A DNA stretch of 64,000 nucleotides, from positions 96,001 through 160,000 of the IMG/VR virus record IMGVR_UViG_3300001528_000425; one strand, given 5' to 3'. The position numbers and the translations under genes are program-made. Below are positions 8,587-18,037 of this stretch, in pieces. The notes below the pieces were generated by a model. It was not told where the DNA came from. It ran no database searches and was given only the letters and a program-made list of their open reading frames with translations. How positions within the stretch are numbered: the stretch's first letter is position 1; every line of letters starts with the position of its first letter. The DNA comes from a virus. Lineage: Duplodnaviria; Caudoviricetes.

Positions 8587-8904
8587 ATGAGCGAACAGAA
8601 CAATCAGAAGCCGGTTATCGAAGTGAAACAGGAAATCTTCGCTGATGGACTCGGCCAGATCCATTTCAATGGCAATGTCATGCGCATGGATTTCGTTGCC
8701 ATCAAACCGGAAACCGCTGTTCCGGCAGAAGGACAGGACGGTGTTCAGAACATGGGCATCTTCGTCCCTGTCCGGATCGTCATGACTCCGAAGGATTTCC
8801 TTGCGGCGTTTTCCAACATGCAGAAGATGATCACTCAGCTCGTCGAGCAGGGAGTACTCGAGGTTACTCAGCCGAAGAAGGAAGAACCGACTCAAGCGGA
8901 GTGA
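8587..8904 (+). CDS. Hypothetical protein, possibly DUF3467-like
   Basis: FADG...MRMDF...RIVMTP pattern; SD before ATG at 8587. Confidence 0.6.
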   Translation: MSEQNNQKPVIEVKQEIFADGLGQIHFNGNVMRMDFVAIKPETAVPAEGQDGVQNMGIFVPVRIVMTPKDFLAAFSNMQKMITQLVEQGVLEVTQPKKEEPTQAE

Positions 8905-8908
8905 AATC

Positions 8909-9226
8909 ATGATTCCTCCAGATCAATTGACAAATCGGGTTCTCCGTGAGCTGATTCCTGGATTTATGGAAACGGCTGTCAAGCTCATCATGTGTGATGC
9001 ATGGAATGAGACAATCGGATTGTCCGAACCTACCGAACAACTCCTGGAAGACTTGACAAACGCTATCTCTTGTTCCTTGGAAGCATTTGCACCGGACCTC
9101 TGGTGGGACGTTATGTGCGAACCGACCGAGGAACAGCGTGTCCAGGTGATCGTCAATCAATTGGAAGACTGTGTAATCGTACGGCAGATTAGTTTGGTCT
9201 TCCGCAACGATCCTGTTAATGCTTAG
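8909..9226 (+). CDS. Hypothetical protein
   Basis: GGAG SD, follows the previous gene in an operon. Confidence 0.7.
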   Translation: MIPPDQLTNRVLRELIPGFMETAVKLIMCDAWNETIGLSEPTEQLLEDLTNAISCSLEAFAPDLWWDVMCEPTEEQRVQVIVNQLEDCVIVRQISLVFRNDPVNA

Positions 9227-9230
9227 GTAC

Positions 9231-9305
9231 AACCTCGTGGTGTAATGGTGTGCACAACTGGTTTTGATCCAGTTAGTCTAAGTTCGAATCTTAGCGAGGT
9301 TGCCA
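9231..9305 (+). tRNA. tRNA-Gln (anticodon TTG)
   Basis: Acceptor stem AACCTCG/CGAGGTT, anticodon arm AACTGG-TTTTGAT-CCAGTT, GTTCGAATC T-loop, encoded CCA. Confidence 0.93.
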
Positions 9306-9330
9306 TATCTTACAAAAAATAAAGTCAAAG

Positions 9331-9368
9331 CTAGAAGGGAGAGGAGCATGTGCTCCTCTCCCTTCTAG
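9331..9368. terminator. Bidirectional terminator
   Basis: Long perfect inverted repeat between convergent units. Confidence 0.8.
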
Positions 9369-9394
9369 TAGTTATTACAATTGCTCTCTATAAA

Positions 9395-9982
9395 TCAAAT
9401 GGTTTCTCCTTTGTTGAATTCAGTGGGCAGACAATAGTAGATCTTGTTGGGATCTACTTCTCCAGAGATTTCCCAGGTGAGTCGATGAACACCGAGCAGA
9501 CTTTCGATGGAGATTGTGGAATCTTTCGACCCAGCTTTGGGAGGATGATATTCGATAAATACCGACGGGTCTCCGTACAAGGTGGTGGAATACGGTTCAT
9601 CGTACTTTTCCATACCAGTCAGCTGAACGAACCAGTTGAGATGTTGCACGAATGACCGCCGAATATTGCAAGGAACTCCGGTAACCACGTATCTCATTCC
9701 TTCCGTGTAATAGGTCGCTAAGGACTCATTGGAAGGAATCTTATCCGTGAAAGTTACGATATCCATCGCTTCGATCGCTTCGCGATCCGGAAATCTCGAA
9801 ATAAGAGATGCAATGAAGTGAATACGGTCTTCTTCGAAACTGATCGAAAGAATGAGATCGAAGAATTCATCGAGCTCGATCAACCAGTTGGTATCGCGTT
9901 TCCGTTCACATACTTCGAAGAGGTTGAACCTGTTGATGAAAAGAATGTATCCGAAGAGTGCGTCTCGTTTTTTGTACGGCAT
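9395..9982 (-). CDS. Hypothetical protein
   Basis: 195-aa ORF. Confidence 0.65.
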   Translation of the reverse strand: MPYKKRDALFGYILFINRFNLFEVCERKRDTNWLIELDEFFDLILSISFEEDRIHFIASLISRFPDREAIEAMDIVTFTDKIPSNESLATYYTEGMRYVVTGVPCNIRRSFVQHLNWFVQLTGMEKYDEPYSTTLYGDPSVFIEYHPPKAGSKDSTISIESLLGVHRLTWEISGEVDPNKIYYCLPTEFNKGETI

Positions 9983-10379
9983 TCACATCATCCGCAAAAT
10001 CTGGATTCACTTCTTTGAATTCTTTACAATACTTCTCGAAATTGTGAATCTCATTGCAGAATCGCAAAGACTTGTACCGAAGTACCATCTTCTCCTGGTA
10101 GAACTCCCAGATCATCAAGTGATCGGAATACTTCTTGCCGTCGTACTTCGCCACATAATCAACCCGGTAGTGACTTTCATCCGTACGGATAAGAACCGTC
10201 TTGAGATCCAACGGAGCGAATGTAGGGAAGTCTTTCACGTATCGTTTGACCCAGTCCAGAACCTGGTCACGAGTCACTTCTTCACAGGGATCGAAATGAC
10301 TCACTCTGAATTCCGGAGAACACATGTTGATTTGAGTCTTAAAGACCGATTCCGGATTTATGACTGATTTAATAAGCAT
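9906..10379 (-). CDS. Hypothetical protein
   Basis: AGGAG SD, 157-aa ORF. Confidence 0.65.
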   Translation of the reverse strand: MLIKSVINPESVFKTQINMCSPEFRVSHFDPCEEVTRDQVLDWVKRYVKDFPTFAPLDLKTVLIRTDESHYRVDYVAKYDGKKYSDHLMIWEFYQEKMVLRYKSLRFCNEIHNFEKYCKEFKEVNPDFADDVNAVQKTRRTLRIHSFHQQVQPLRSM

Positions 10380-10396
10380 CTCATTTATCTCCTATT

Positions 10397-11086
10397 TTAC
10401 CAAGCTATAGCTTGATGTTTGAATGGTTTCAGGGGTGATTTTGATACTTCCTGTACCTCTACCCAGATGGGTAGATAATTGGGTATTTGGAAGGATCTGT
10501 AGAATGTGAATTTCTCTTCTCTTCCATCGAATACAATAGCGTATTCTGCACGGTCGATCAGGATGTCGGTTTTGATCAGATCGATACCACAAGAACGTTG
10601 TTGTGCGAAGTTCATGTACTTGAGTGACATGAATTGTCCGAGTTCCATGTAAGACAGAGGAACTTGAGTCTTACCGATTATTTGAGCCGCTTCTTTATGA
10701 AGGAAAGGTATCGTGATTGTGCTTTGTCCTCCGAGAGAACTCATGTCATCGTTACGATACCACGTCCGAACATTCAGTATGATATCGGAGGGTGTCAGTA
10801 TCGTTGACATGAAATTACTTGTAGTGCAAGTACCGACCAGTGTAAGTTGAGAGATCGTGATCTGCGGACGAATACCTTCATTCTTGGTTCTCGACTCCAA
10901 GGTTAAAGCAGCTCCAGGAACATACTCACACCGGAGTGTAAGGATATTCTTAAGACCTCTCTTCAACAATCTCTTGATTACAGGGTCATTCGGTCCTGCA
11001 ACAACAACACGATTGGGTGTTTTCTTGGGTTTCTTGACTCGTTTCTTCTTGACAACGTTGTCCTGAATAAAGAAGTTGGTTTTCAT
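10397..11086 (-). CDS. Hypothetical protein with basic N-terminus
   Basis: AGGAGG SD, 229 aa. Confidence 0.75.
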   Translation of the reverse strand: MKTNFFIQDNVVKKKRVKKPKKTPNRVVVAGPNDPVIKRLLKRGLKNILTLRCEYVPGAALTLESRTKNEGIRPQITISQLTLVGTCTTSNFMSTILTPSDIILNVRTWYRNDDMSSLGGQSTITIPFLHKEAAQIIGKTQVPLSYMELGQFMSLKYMNFAQQRSCGIDLIKTDILIDRAEYAIVFDGREEKFTFYRSFQIPNYLPIWVEVQEVSKSPLKPFKHQAIAW

Positions 11087-11113
11087 TTCGACCTCCTAAG
11101 CAATGATGAAACA

Positions 11114-11146
11114 ACCTACTAGGAGACATCAAGTCTCCTAGTAGGT
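11114..11146 (-). terminator. Hairpin terminator after the DNA polymerase gene
   Basis: 14-bp perfect inverted repeat. Confidence 0.7.
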
Positions 11147-11154
11147 GTAAGTGA

Positions 11155-13251
11155 TTAGATTACCATAACTCCATCTTCTGTGTACAAGTCACTCAATAAG
11201 AGTTTCTTGTCATCTGAACCAACCGATATTCCAAGTTGGGTCAGAGTCAGATATAACGCTTTCACGTTGTGGTAGATGATCGAACGAATGTCGATCAGCG
11301 GAATCAGTTCTTTTGGCACTCGATCCAACTGCGGATTGATACAGATGCTGGCAGGATGTCTCTTGTACTTGAGATAGAACTCTCTTGCAGACTTAGCCAG
11401 TCTCTTGTCCATGTCCTCCAGCATCGTGTAATACTGTTCCGTTGGTGGATACAGGAATGCGATCGCTGTCTTGGTCGGTGGCTGGATATCTCCGTACTTC
11501 TGTGCGAAGATCTCTTGCCACGCCATCAAGTAGAAATAATTACTCGACGTTGGAGTCGCGTAGTCTCTCTCCATCTTGATCGACAACATCTTGAAGAACT
11601 CCGTTTCACCATCAAGTACTGACTTCCGGATCTGTTGTTCGAACTTGACCACTGTTCCGATCAGCTCTGCAGCAGAAAGTCTGCCATTGGCTTTCTCCAG
11701 AACGTGTTTGACAAGGAAGTCTTCCACGAACTTGGTTGCTGTTGCACACACGTCAGAACCACGAAGCTGAACTCCTTTGATGTCGGTAGCCAATTTGTTC
11801 AAGATGACACCTTCCTGGATCTTGATCTGTCCAGCGTAGGTTTTCTTGATTGAGTACACGATCATCGTTGGGTAGAGGAATTCATTCTTCATCTCCATGA
11901 TCTTGATAAACTCACCAGTTGCTCCATGTGCGACACTGTATTTAGCCAAACAATGCGAGATCGCTTTGGTCAGCCAGTAGATTGCACAACTTGAGATTTG
12001 GTAAGTCTTCGTCGTCAGTTTGAAGTAGTCTCCGGTGTACCATTCCACCCAATCCTTCGCAGTGAAGATCACTGAGTCGGTATCAGATAAGATCACAGTG
12101 TTTCGGAACATGTGCTTCTTCAGATTGATCCGCGGTGTGTTCAATCTAGTGTAGATGAACATATCGAACAGATCTCTGATCCCATCGAGTTGCTCTTGCA
12201 CATAATGCGCAATGGAAACGAACTTCTTCGCTAAGTCAGGTCGCTTAGACGGGAAGTCGTACACCTGCATGGTATCATCATCGGTTGAGAACAACTCGTT
12301 GAATGATACAGCGATCACGGCGATGAGATCTTTGTCGATCTTGAATAGATCGTCAGGAACAACATCAGATCGCATCTCTATCTTCGTAAGATCGAAGAGA
12401 TCGTTCAACCATGGACGGAAGATATTCTCGTTACCCCAGATCAGATGTCTGAGATTCTGAAAATACCAGAAGAACGCCACTTCTTCCGCTGTCATCGTGT
12501 TGATCAGTTCTTTAACCCGAGGGATCTGATCGGACGGATGATACTGCTGGATCGTCTTACGATAGAACTCATAAAGTTCGACACGTGTTGGCCATCTCAG
12601 ATGATGTCGATTCATCATGTCTCTGAGTTTATCACGGTCGATCCCATCGGTGATATGGATCATGATGTGATTGATCAGTTCTTCCTCGGAGAACCATGCG
12701 AAATTTCCACCCAATACAGTCTCAGCTGTAGTGTATGCCTGAGCGATGAGAGCACGTGCTGATGAGGTGATAGAGTTGTAGTTTCCTTTGTCATAGAACA
12801 CGTTGTACATAGAACCCATGCCACCAGGTAACGAGTTCACGTTGATCTTGATCGTCGTCTGAGCGAAGTAGTGTTGCATCTCCGTAGTAGTGTCACCAAC
12901 TGCTTTTGCTTGTAGCATCGCTTTCTTGTGCTGACTACGACGTTTCAGCTGGTCAGTTACAAGCTGGGTTACGATACCGATCTTTTGATCTGTTGGTAGA
13001 TAAACACTACCGCTAGGAGACATGATCATGTCTCGTTTTCGTTCGTAGTAGATCGCCAGATCTTCTGCTACGATCCTAGTTTCTCCATACCGAACTGTTT
13101 CAACATGGATGATCGTTTTCGGTTGGTATTTCGATTTGGCCACATCTCGTACATATTGATTCGCCTCTTCCCTGCTCAACATAGGGAATTTTCGACTGAT
13201 GTAAGTTGTCATCAGGTCGACGTACGATTTAGGCAATGAAGGTCGTGACAT
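11155..13251 (-). CDS. Family B DNA polymerase, catalytic subunit of the split phiKZ-type enzyme (gp82-like)
   Basis: KINVNSLPG (region III-like), SDTDS (region I), KKTYAG, KGV; no exonuclease domain evident. Confidence 0.85.
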   Translation of the reverse strand: MSRPSLPKSYVDLMTTYISRKFPMLSREEANQYVRDVAKSKYQPKTIIHVETVRYGETRIVAEDLAIYYERKRDMIMSPSGSVYLPTDQKIGIVTQLVTDQLKRRSQHKKAMLQAKAVGDTTTEMQHYFAQTTIKINVNSLPGGMGSMYNVFYDKGNYNSITSSARALIAQAYTTAETVLGGNFAWFSEEELINHIMIHITDGIDRDKLRDMMNRHHLRWPTRVELYEFYRKTIQQYHPSDQIPRVKELINTMTAEEVAFFWYFQNLRHLIWGNENIFRPWLNDLFDLTKIEMRSDVVPDDLFKIDKDLIAVIAVSFNELFSTDDDTMQVYDFPSKRPDLAKKFVSIAHYVQEQLDGIRDLFDMFIYTRLNTPRINLKKHMFRNTVILSDTDSVIFTAKDWVEWYTGDYFKLTTKTYQISSCAIYWLTKAISHCLAKYSVAHGATGEFIKIMEMKNEFLYPTMIVYSIKKTYAGQIKIQEGVILNKLATDIKGVQLRGSDVCATATKFVEDFLVKHVLEKANGRLSAAELIGTVVKFEQQIRKSVLDGETEFFKMLSIKMERDYATPTSSNYFYLMAWQEIFAQKYGDIQPPTKTAIAFLYPPTEQYYTMLEDMDKRLAKSAREFYLKYKRHPASICINPQLDRVPKELIPLIDIRSIIYHNVKALYLTLTQLGISVGSDDKKLLLSDLYTEDGVMVI

Positions 13252-13322
13252 ATCGTGCGTCCTCCTTGGTTAAGATTGTTCATACAGTATCTCATGATGA
13301 ACAAATTTATTATTTAATCTCT

Positions 13323-13339
13323 TCATATCTGTAATATAT
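13323..13339 (-). promoter_or_regulatory. Early promoter ATATATTAC-N5-TGA
   Basis: Consensus match upstream of the DNA polymerase gene. Confidence 0.7.
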
Positions 13340-13436
13340 ACCGCTATTTCCCTTCATCTTGTTCAGACCATGATATAGCTTGTCTTCACGTCCAAGCGTC
13401 AATTGCATAACACTAACAACACACGGAGATACCAAT

Positions 13437-14045
13437 ATGTTCAAGCTTTTAAATCGGTTCCTCGGAATGCATTCCGAAGCGGCACCGTTACCGGAATTGG
13501 GAGATACTATCATCGACGACACGAAACCGCTGGGTAAACCAGAGTCGAGTGCAGCGATGACAAGTATGGTCAGTCGTCGGGCATTCGCTGAACTGGCCAT
13601 CCTGTATGCCCAGTACCTGATGGAAACCGGTAAGGCGGATAGTCGGGAGGCTTGCGCCGAACAAGTCGGCAAGTTCATGAGTTCCGGTATGGATCGTGGT
13701 GAAATCACGGTCAATGAACTGGAATACGTCATGGGCTATATCAAGAGTGAACGACTCCGGATCAAGACTCCTTGGGATGTGAGATATGAGTTCATCAATG
13801 AAATCACTCAGCAGACCATGGGAGATCTGCAGTGGATCGGCTCAGTTGAGAACGTCGGCTTTTCTCCCGAAGAATCTCAGCTGATCACGGATTATCAGAA
13901 GGCCTTTGAGGTGTACGACAAACTGCGATGGGAACTTCGCGACAACCTCATTCGGACCATCGAATCCACCATCGATGTGATCTTGATCGAATACAAGAGC
14001 GTCCTCGATCAGGACTTCGTCAGCCGTTATTCCACTAAAAAATAA
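13437..14045 (+). CDS. Hypothetical protein
   Basis: GGAG SD before ATG at 13437. Confidence 0.75.
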   Translation: MFKLLNRFLGMHSEAAPLPELGDTIIDDTKPLGKPESSAAMTSMVSRRAFAELAILYAQYLMETGKADSREACAEQVGKFMSSGMDRGEITVNELEYVMGYIKSERLRIKTPWDVRYEFINEITQQTMGDLQWIGSVENVGFSPEESQLITDYQKAFEVYDKLRWELRDNLIRTIESTIDVILIEYKSVLDQDFVSRYSTKK

Positions 14046-14103
14046 TTCTCTTCCCCCGTTATATAGAACGGAATGGAGTAGATGATAACCGAGGCATTTG
14101 ATT

Positions 14104-14235
14104 ATGGATGATTCGTCCGATCATATGCAGATATTCGATCAAAATGTATCCGAAATAAGAGCTGCAACGGATCTCATCGAGAGAATCATTGCAAACATCG
14201 GAACACCGATCGAATCTTTGCCGATTTCTCAGTAA
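14104..14235 (+). CDS. 43-aa hypothetical protein (MDDSSDHMQIF...)
   Basis: Fills the intergenic gap; GAGG upstream. Confidence 0.4.
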   Translation: MDDSSDHMQIFDQNVSEIRAATDLIERIIANIGTPIESLPISQ

Positions 14236-14300
14236 GAGAATCGCATTGGATTAAATTCTACGCCACCGCACTACTGTATAACTGCTGGGAGAAATTAAAC

Positions 14301-15122
14301 ATGGCTGACGATAAGAAACTTTTGAAAACGACGATTCAGAGATACTTTTCTTCTCTGTTCGCCAGACGTATGCCGTACGCACTGTTCGGTTACGGTGACA
14401 ACAGAGTTTGGTATTTTACCAATATAACACCAGAAGCGATGCTGACTTACATTCCGAGTATGGAACACGCCATCCACGAAGTGACGTTCCGTAATACGGA
14501 GATTCGCGATATGTTGATCAACCGATTTCCGATTCTCAATCGGATGGGAGTGATCGATACTGCGAAACTGAATTCAGCGTTGAACAAAGAAAAGGACCCC
14601 GATGTCTTACAACTTCGATTAAAAGGAGACTCGCCGATCATCGAGCTTTATTGCACGGAGAAGCGAGAGGAGGTTCCATATGAACCGATCGAAGTAGGAA
14701 CTCTCTTGGAACAAGATGTAGTTGAACGCTACAGGAACCTAGTGGAGTCATATCTGAATCGTAAACAGTGGGATGAAGAGCACCCCATGGTGACGCATCC
14801 CGTCGAGTTATCAAAAGTGGATAGATCCGGAGTCACGCTTGTCCCGGTGACGAACAAACCCATCGATTCGTTGCAGTCTGTGTACTTGGTGCACGTACCG
14901 ATTCGCGATGGGTTGTCAACAGTATCGGTAGCAGAATATGCTCGCAAATTACCACAACCAGGAACGTTGGAACTGATCGTCTGTTATGACAACAGACATT
15001 CGTTGAAAACAGTCAATCGATATCGAGATGCTTTGATCAAAGTGATCTCGGTTCAACCGTCCGCGTTGTGGTTCCCACTTCCAACAGAGCAGCGTAAAGC
15101 GATTCTCTGTAATGACAAGTAG
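14301..15122 (+). CDS. Hypothetical protein
   Basis: GGGAG SD, 273 aa. Confidence 0.75.
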   Translation: MADDKKLLKTTIQRYFSSLFARRMPYALFGYGDNRVWYFTNITPEAMLTYIPSMEHAIHEVTFRNTEIRDMLINRFPILNRMGVIDTAKLNSALNKEKDPDVLQLRLKGDSPIIELYCTEKREEVPYEPIEVGTLLEQDVVERYRNLVESYLNRKQWDEEHPMVTHPVELSKVDRSGVTLVPVTNKPIDSLQSVYLVHVPIRDGLSTVSVAEYARKLPQPGTLELIVCYDNRHSLKTVNRYRDALIKVISVQPSALWFPLPTEQRKAILCNDK

Positions 15123-15197
15123 TAACGATAAGAGGTGGTGAGTGTTCCTCGTGGGTAAATAGAAGATTGCGACCCACCTCCTTATCTGTTCCTATCC

Positions 15198-15235
15198 TAG
15201 GTACCAGGGAGGGGAATTCCCCTCCCTGGTACCTA
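15198..15235 (+). terminator. Palindromic terminator
   Basis: 38-nt perfect palindrome followed by a T-rich tract. Confidence 0.75.
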
Positions 15236-15317
15236 ACCTTTATTTACTTTATTACCGAACCTACCTATTTATATAGAATCTCATTAGAGACAACATTTCC
15301 AAAGAAGAGGGAGTTGC

Positions 15318-15680
15318 ATGTCAAGTCACATCGAACTCGGAGCAACATGTACCGGTTCAGTGAGGATTTGCTCCAATATGTTCGGAGATATCTTTCTCAC
15401 TGTTCACAACTACGCAGTCAACTTCAATACTCCCAAGTCTCATCGATTGACGAAAGAGTTCGTTCAGAACTTTATGTCTACTCTCGATAAGGTGGAAGAG
15501 TTGAAAGTCGGCATGGGATATAGTGTGAAACTGAACACTATCACGCTATCGGTGTTCCGAGAACCAGATGATCAGTATGTCTTGTTCCTTGAGATCTACG
15601 ATACCGTGCATAGTCAGATATCCAAAGGCGGTATCGAAGCCGTCATGAAATGGAAACAAGCGTTGAGCAATTTTAACTAG
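15318..15680 (+). CDS. Hypothetical protein
   Basis: GAGGGAG SD. Confidence 0.7.
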   Translation: MSSHIELGATCTGSVRICSNMFGDIFLTVHNYAVNFNTPKSHRLTKEFVQNFMSTLDKVEELKVGMGYSVKLNTITLSVFREPDDQYVLFLEIYDTVHSQISKGGIEAVMKWKQALSNFN

Positions 15681-15701
15681 CGACACTAAAAGGAGACTAT
15701 T

Positions 15702-17591
15702 ATGTCTGAAGAATTTGCCCATCTTGGTGGCGGTGATCTGCATACGGGAGAAACACCTGCAGTGCCGAACGAAGTGATCGTTCCGAAAGTTACCGCGAAT
15801 GATGCTCCTGCTTCCGAAGAGGAGTGGGGAAAGGTCATCGCTGCTGCCAAACAAGAACCGGCTGCCGATCCCATCCCATCAGCCATGACCGCTCCGGAGC
15901 CTGGCCTGGAAGAATCTCTCGGAGCGATCCTCGATAAGAAAGAAGAGGTCGTGGTGCCTCCTCCGCCGGTCGAACACAAAGAGACACCCATCATTCAAGA
16001 AAAGCCGAAACCTGAAGTGGCGCAGGAAGCTGCACCGATGCAGACTGAACAACACGATGAAACTGACTCGATCATGTCTGGTGCTGAAGCAGGCAAACGA
16101 CCGGAAACATCTATTCGCGAACAAGTGCGCAAGGAAGTGGATGATGCTGCACTCGACGATGCGTTCGGCGATATTCTCGGAGATCCCGATGAAGATGATG
16201 AAAAGCCAGCCAAGACGGAACGCGATCCGGCAGAGATGGATATCATCGACTTCCTGATGTCTGTTCCCACCGGAACCAGAGAAGATGTGCAGAAGATCCG
16301 CGGTCAGTACGCATCCATGGAAGCGTTCCAGAGGGATCTGATGGACGATACGAAGTTCGTCACCAAACTCTTCGGAGCAGCGTCTCAAGGACTTCGCAAT
16401 GGCCATGCTCAGACGTTCCGTACCATCGTCACGGAAGCCTCCAAGGACCATGACGTTTCCCCCATTCAGTTGATCGAGAAACGATTCGCTGATGCTTATA
16501 CTCGTGGTCGTGACTACAAGTCCACTCCGGGTAAAGTGAAGACCCTGGTCGGACGTCAGGCTCAGCTTGCCACTATCGCTCGTATCCGTGGTATCATTAA
16601 GGTGACCCTGATGAACTCTGGGTTCTGGGTTGTGCTTCGTCCATTGACGGTAGCTGAGATCGCTGAATTCCAGAGCACAGTGCAACTGGAAGCAACTGAA
16701 CTCGGTCATTCCCTCGGCAACCACATTTCCATCTGCAGTGACATCTTCATCAAAGACAAGTTCATGGAACTGCTCGACACTTATGGTGTGGTTCAGGACA
16801 GTAACCTGGAAGGCTGGGATAAACCTGGCACGTTGGCGAAACACATCTCTATCCATGACTACGATGTTCTGATGTGGGCCATGGTGGCTCTGATGTATCG
16901 GAAAGGTGTTCGTATTCGGACCGTTTGTCCGTCTTGCGAACACGCGGAAGACAACGTCGTTGTGGATGTTCTGGAAACGAAATTCAACAATAACGATCTT
17001 CTTACGGAAGAGGTGTTGGATTGGTGGGATGCTCACGAACATCAGAAGAACCCGGACGGTACCAACAAGAAGACGGTTTCCAAACAAGATATCGTCAAGT
17101 ATCAGAAGGAGATTCTTCCGTATTCGGGTGTTTCGGAACAGAACCTGGACCTCGGGAAGATCTCTCTCGGGTTGAGAGTACCCACTATCTATGAATATCT
17201 CACGACCGGCAAGGAACTGATCAATCGTCTGAATCGGTACATCCACGGCAATGATGCGGAACGCATCCAGCAGACCAGCGATCGAGTGATCCTTCATCTT
17301 TACCAGATGATGAAACCCTGGATCAAGGATGTTACATTCTACAATGAAGATGGGTCGATCAACTTCAAGACGGAAGATGGATATGCCATCGAACAGGTAC
17401 TGGAATCCAGCCGTCAGGAGAACGCACAGTTCAGCTCTGATATGGCGAAGTTTATGGCATCTACTAAGATTACCTATATCGGCACGATGGCTTTGGAATG
17501 TCCGAATTGTCATGCTCGTCCGTTCACTGGCCCGGATGCTTTCTTCCCGCTGGACAGTGAATCGATTTTTTTCGCACTCTCCTTCCGGTAA
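15702..17591 (+). CDS. Putative tail/baseplate hub assembly chaperone (T4 gp26-like, two CPxC motifs)
   Basis: LRPLTV, CPSCEH, CPNCH and FF near the C-terminus; acidic disordered N-terminus. Confidence 0.55.
   Translation: MSEEFAHLGGGDLHTGETPAVPNEVIVPKVTANDAPASEEEWGKVIAAAKQEPAADPIPSAMTAPEPGLEESLGAILDKKEEVVVPPPPVEHKETPIIQEKPKPEVAQEAAPMQTEQHDETDSIMSGAEAGKRPETSIREQVRKEVDDAALDDAFGDILGDPDEDDEKPAKTERDPAEMDIIDFLMSVPTGTREDVQKIRGQYASMEAFQRDLMDDTKFVTKLFGAASQGLRNGHAQTFRTIVTEASKDHDVSPIQLIEKRFADAYTRGRDYKSTPGKVKTLVGRQAQLATIARIRGIIKVTLMNSGFWVVLRPLTVAEIAEFQSTVQLEATELGHSLGNHISICSDIFIKDKFMELLDTYGVVQDSNLEGWDKPGTLAKHISIHDYDVLMWAMVALMYRKGVRIRTVCPSCEHAEDNVVVDVLETKFNNNDLLTEEVLDWWDAHEHQKNPDGTNKKTVSKQDIVKYQKEILPYSGVSEQNLDLGKISLGLRVPTIYEYLTTGKELINRLNRYIHGNDAERIQQTSDRVILHLYQMMKPWIKDVTFYNEDGSINFKTEDGYAIEQVLESSRQENAQFSSDMAKFMASTKITYIGTMALECPNCHARPFTGPDAFFPLDSESIFFALSFR
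17567..17573 (+). promoter_or_regulatory. Candidate -1 ribosomal frameshift site T TTT TTC
   Basis: X XXY YYZ heptamer in the correct phase; the -1 frame is open into ORF 17594-18022. Confidence 0.6.
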
Positions 17592-17593
17592 TC

Positions 17594-18022
17594 ATGGGCG
17601 GAAGGTGTCTGGTCGACGACAAGTTCAACGATTATCTACGCGATCACATGATTTTGGGATTCTGGGAAAAGTTTCCTGAATTAGTGAAATGTCAAGGGAT
17701 CGTCCGGGACCTCGGTTTGCGTATCTTAACCAAGAAGCATGAACCTTGGTGGCCGGACGATCAGTCCCCTTGGAAACATCAACTCTATCGTCAGCCCATG
17801 AGGATCGATCTCTCACCTGACGGTTTAATGGATCGTGTATATTCCTTGTTGGAATGTGACATTACCCACACCTATTTTGGTATGTCTTTCGAGACACTGT
17901 TGCAGATGGACTTTAGTTCTTTCTGCGAACTTGAAGCCAGAGTTAGTTCAGTAGCTGCTCGTGTGAATGCAGCGGCGTCCGGTCTTACTGCCGGAGGAAA
18001 TAATGGAACTCAATCTACTTAA
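17594..18022 (+). CDS. Probable frameshift extension of the upstream chaperone
   Basis: No SD at its ATG; lies in the -1 frame relative to the upstream gene. Confidence 0.55.
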   Translation: MGGRCLVDDKFNDYLRDHMILGFWEKFPELVKCQGIVRDLGLRILTKKHEPWWPDDQSPWKHQLYRQPMRIDLSPDGLMDRVYSLLECDITHTYFGMSFETLLQMDFSSFCELEARVSSVAARVNAAASGLTAGGNNGTQST

Positions 18023-18037
18023 AGGACTCTTAACGAT

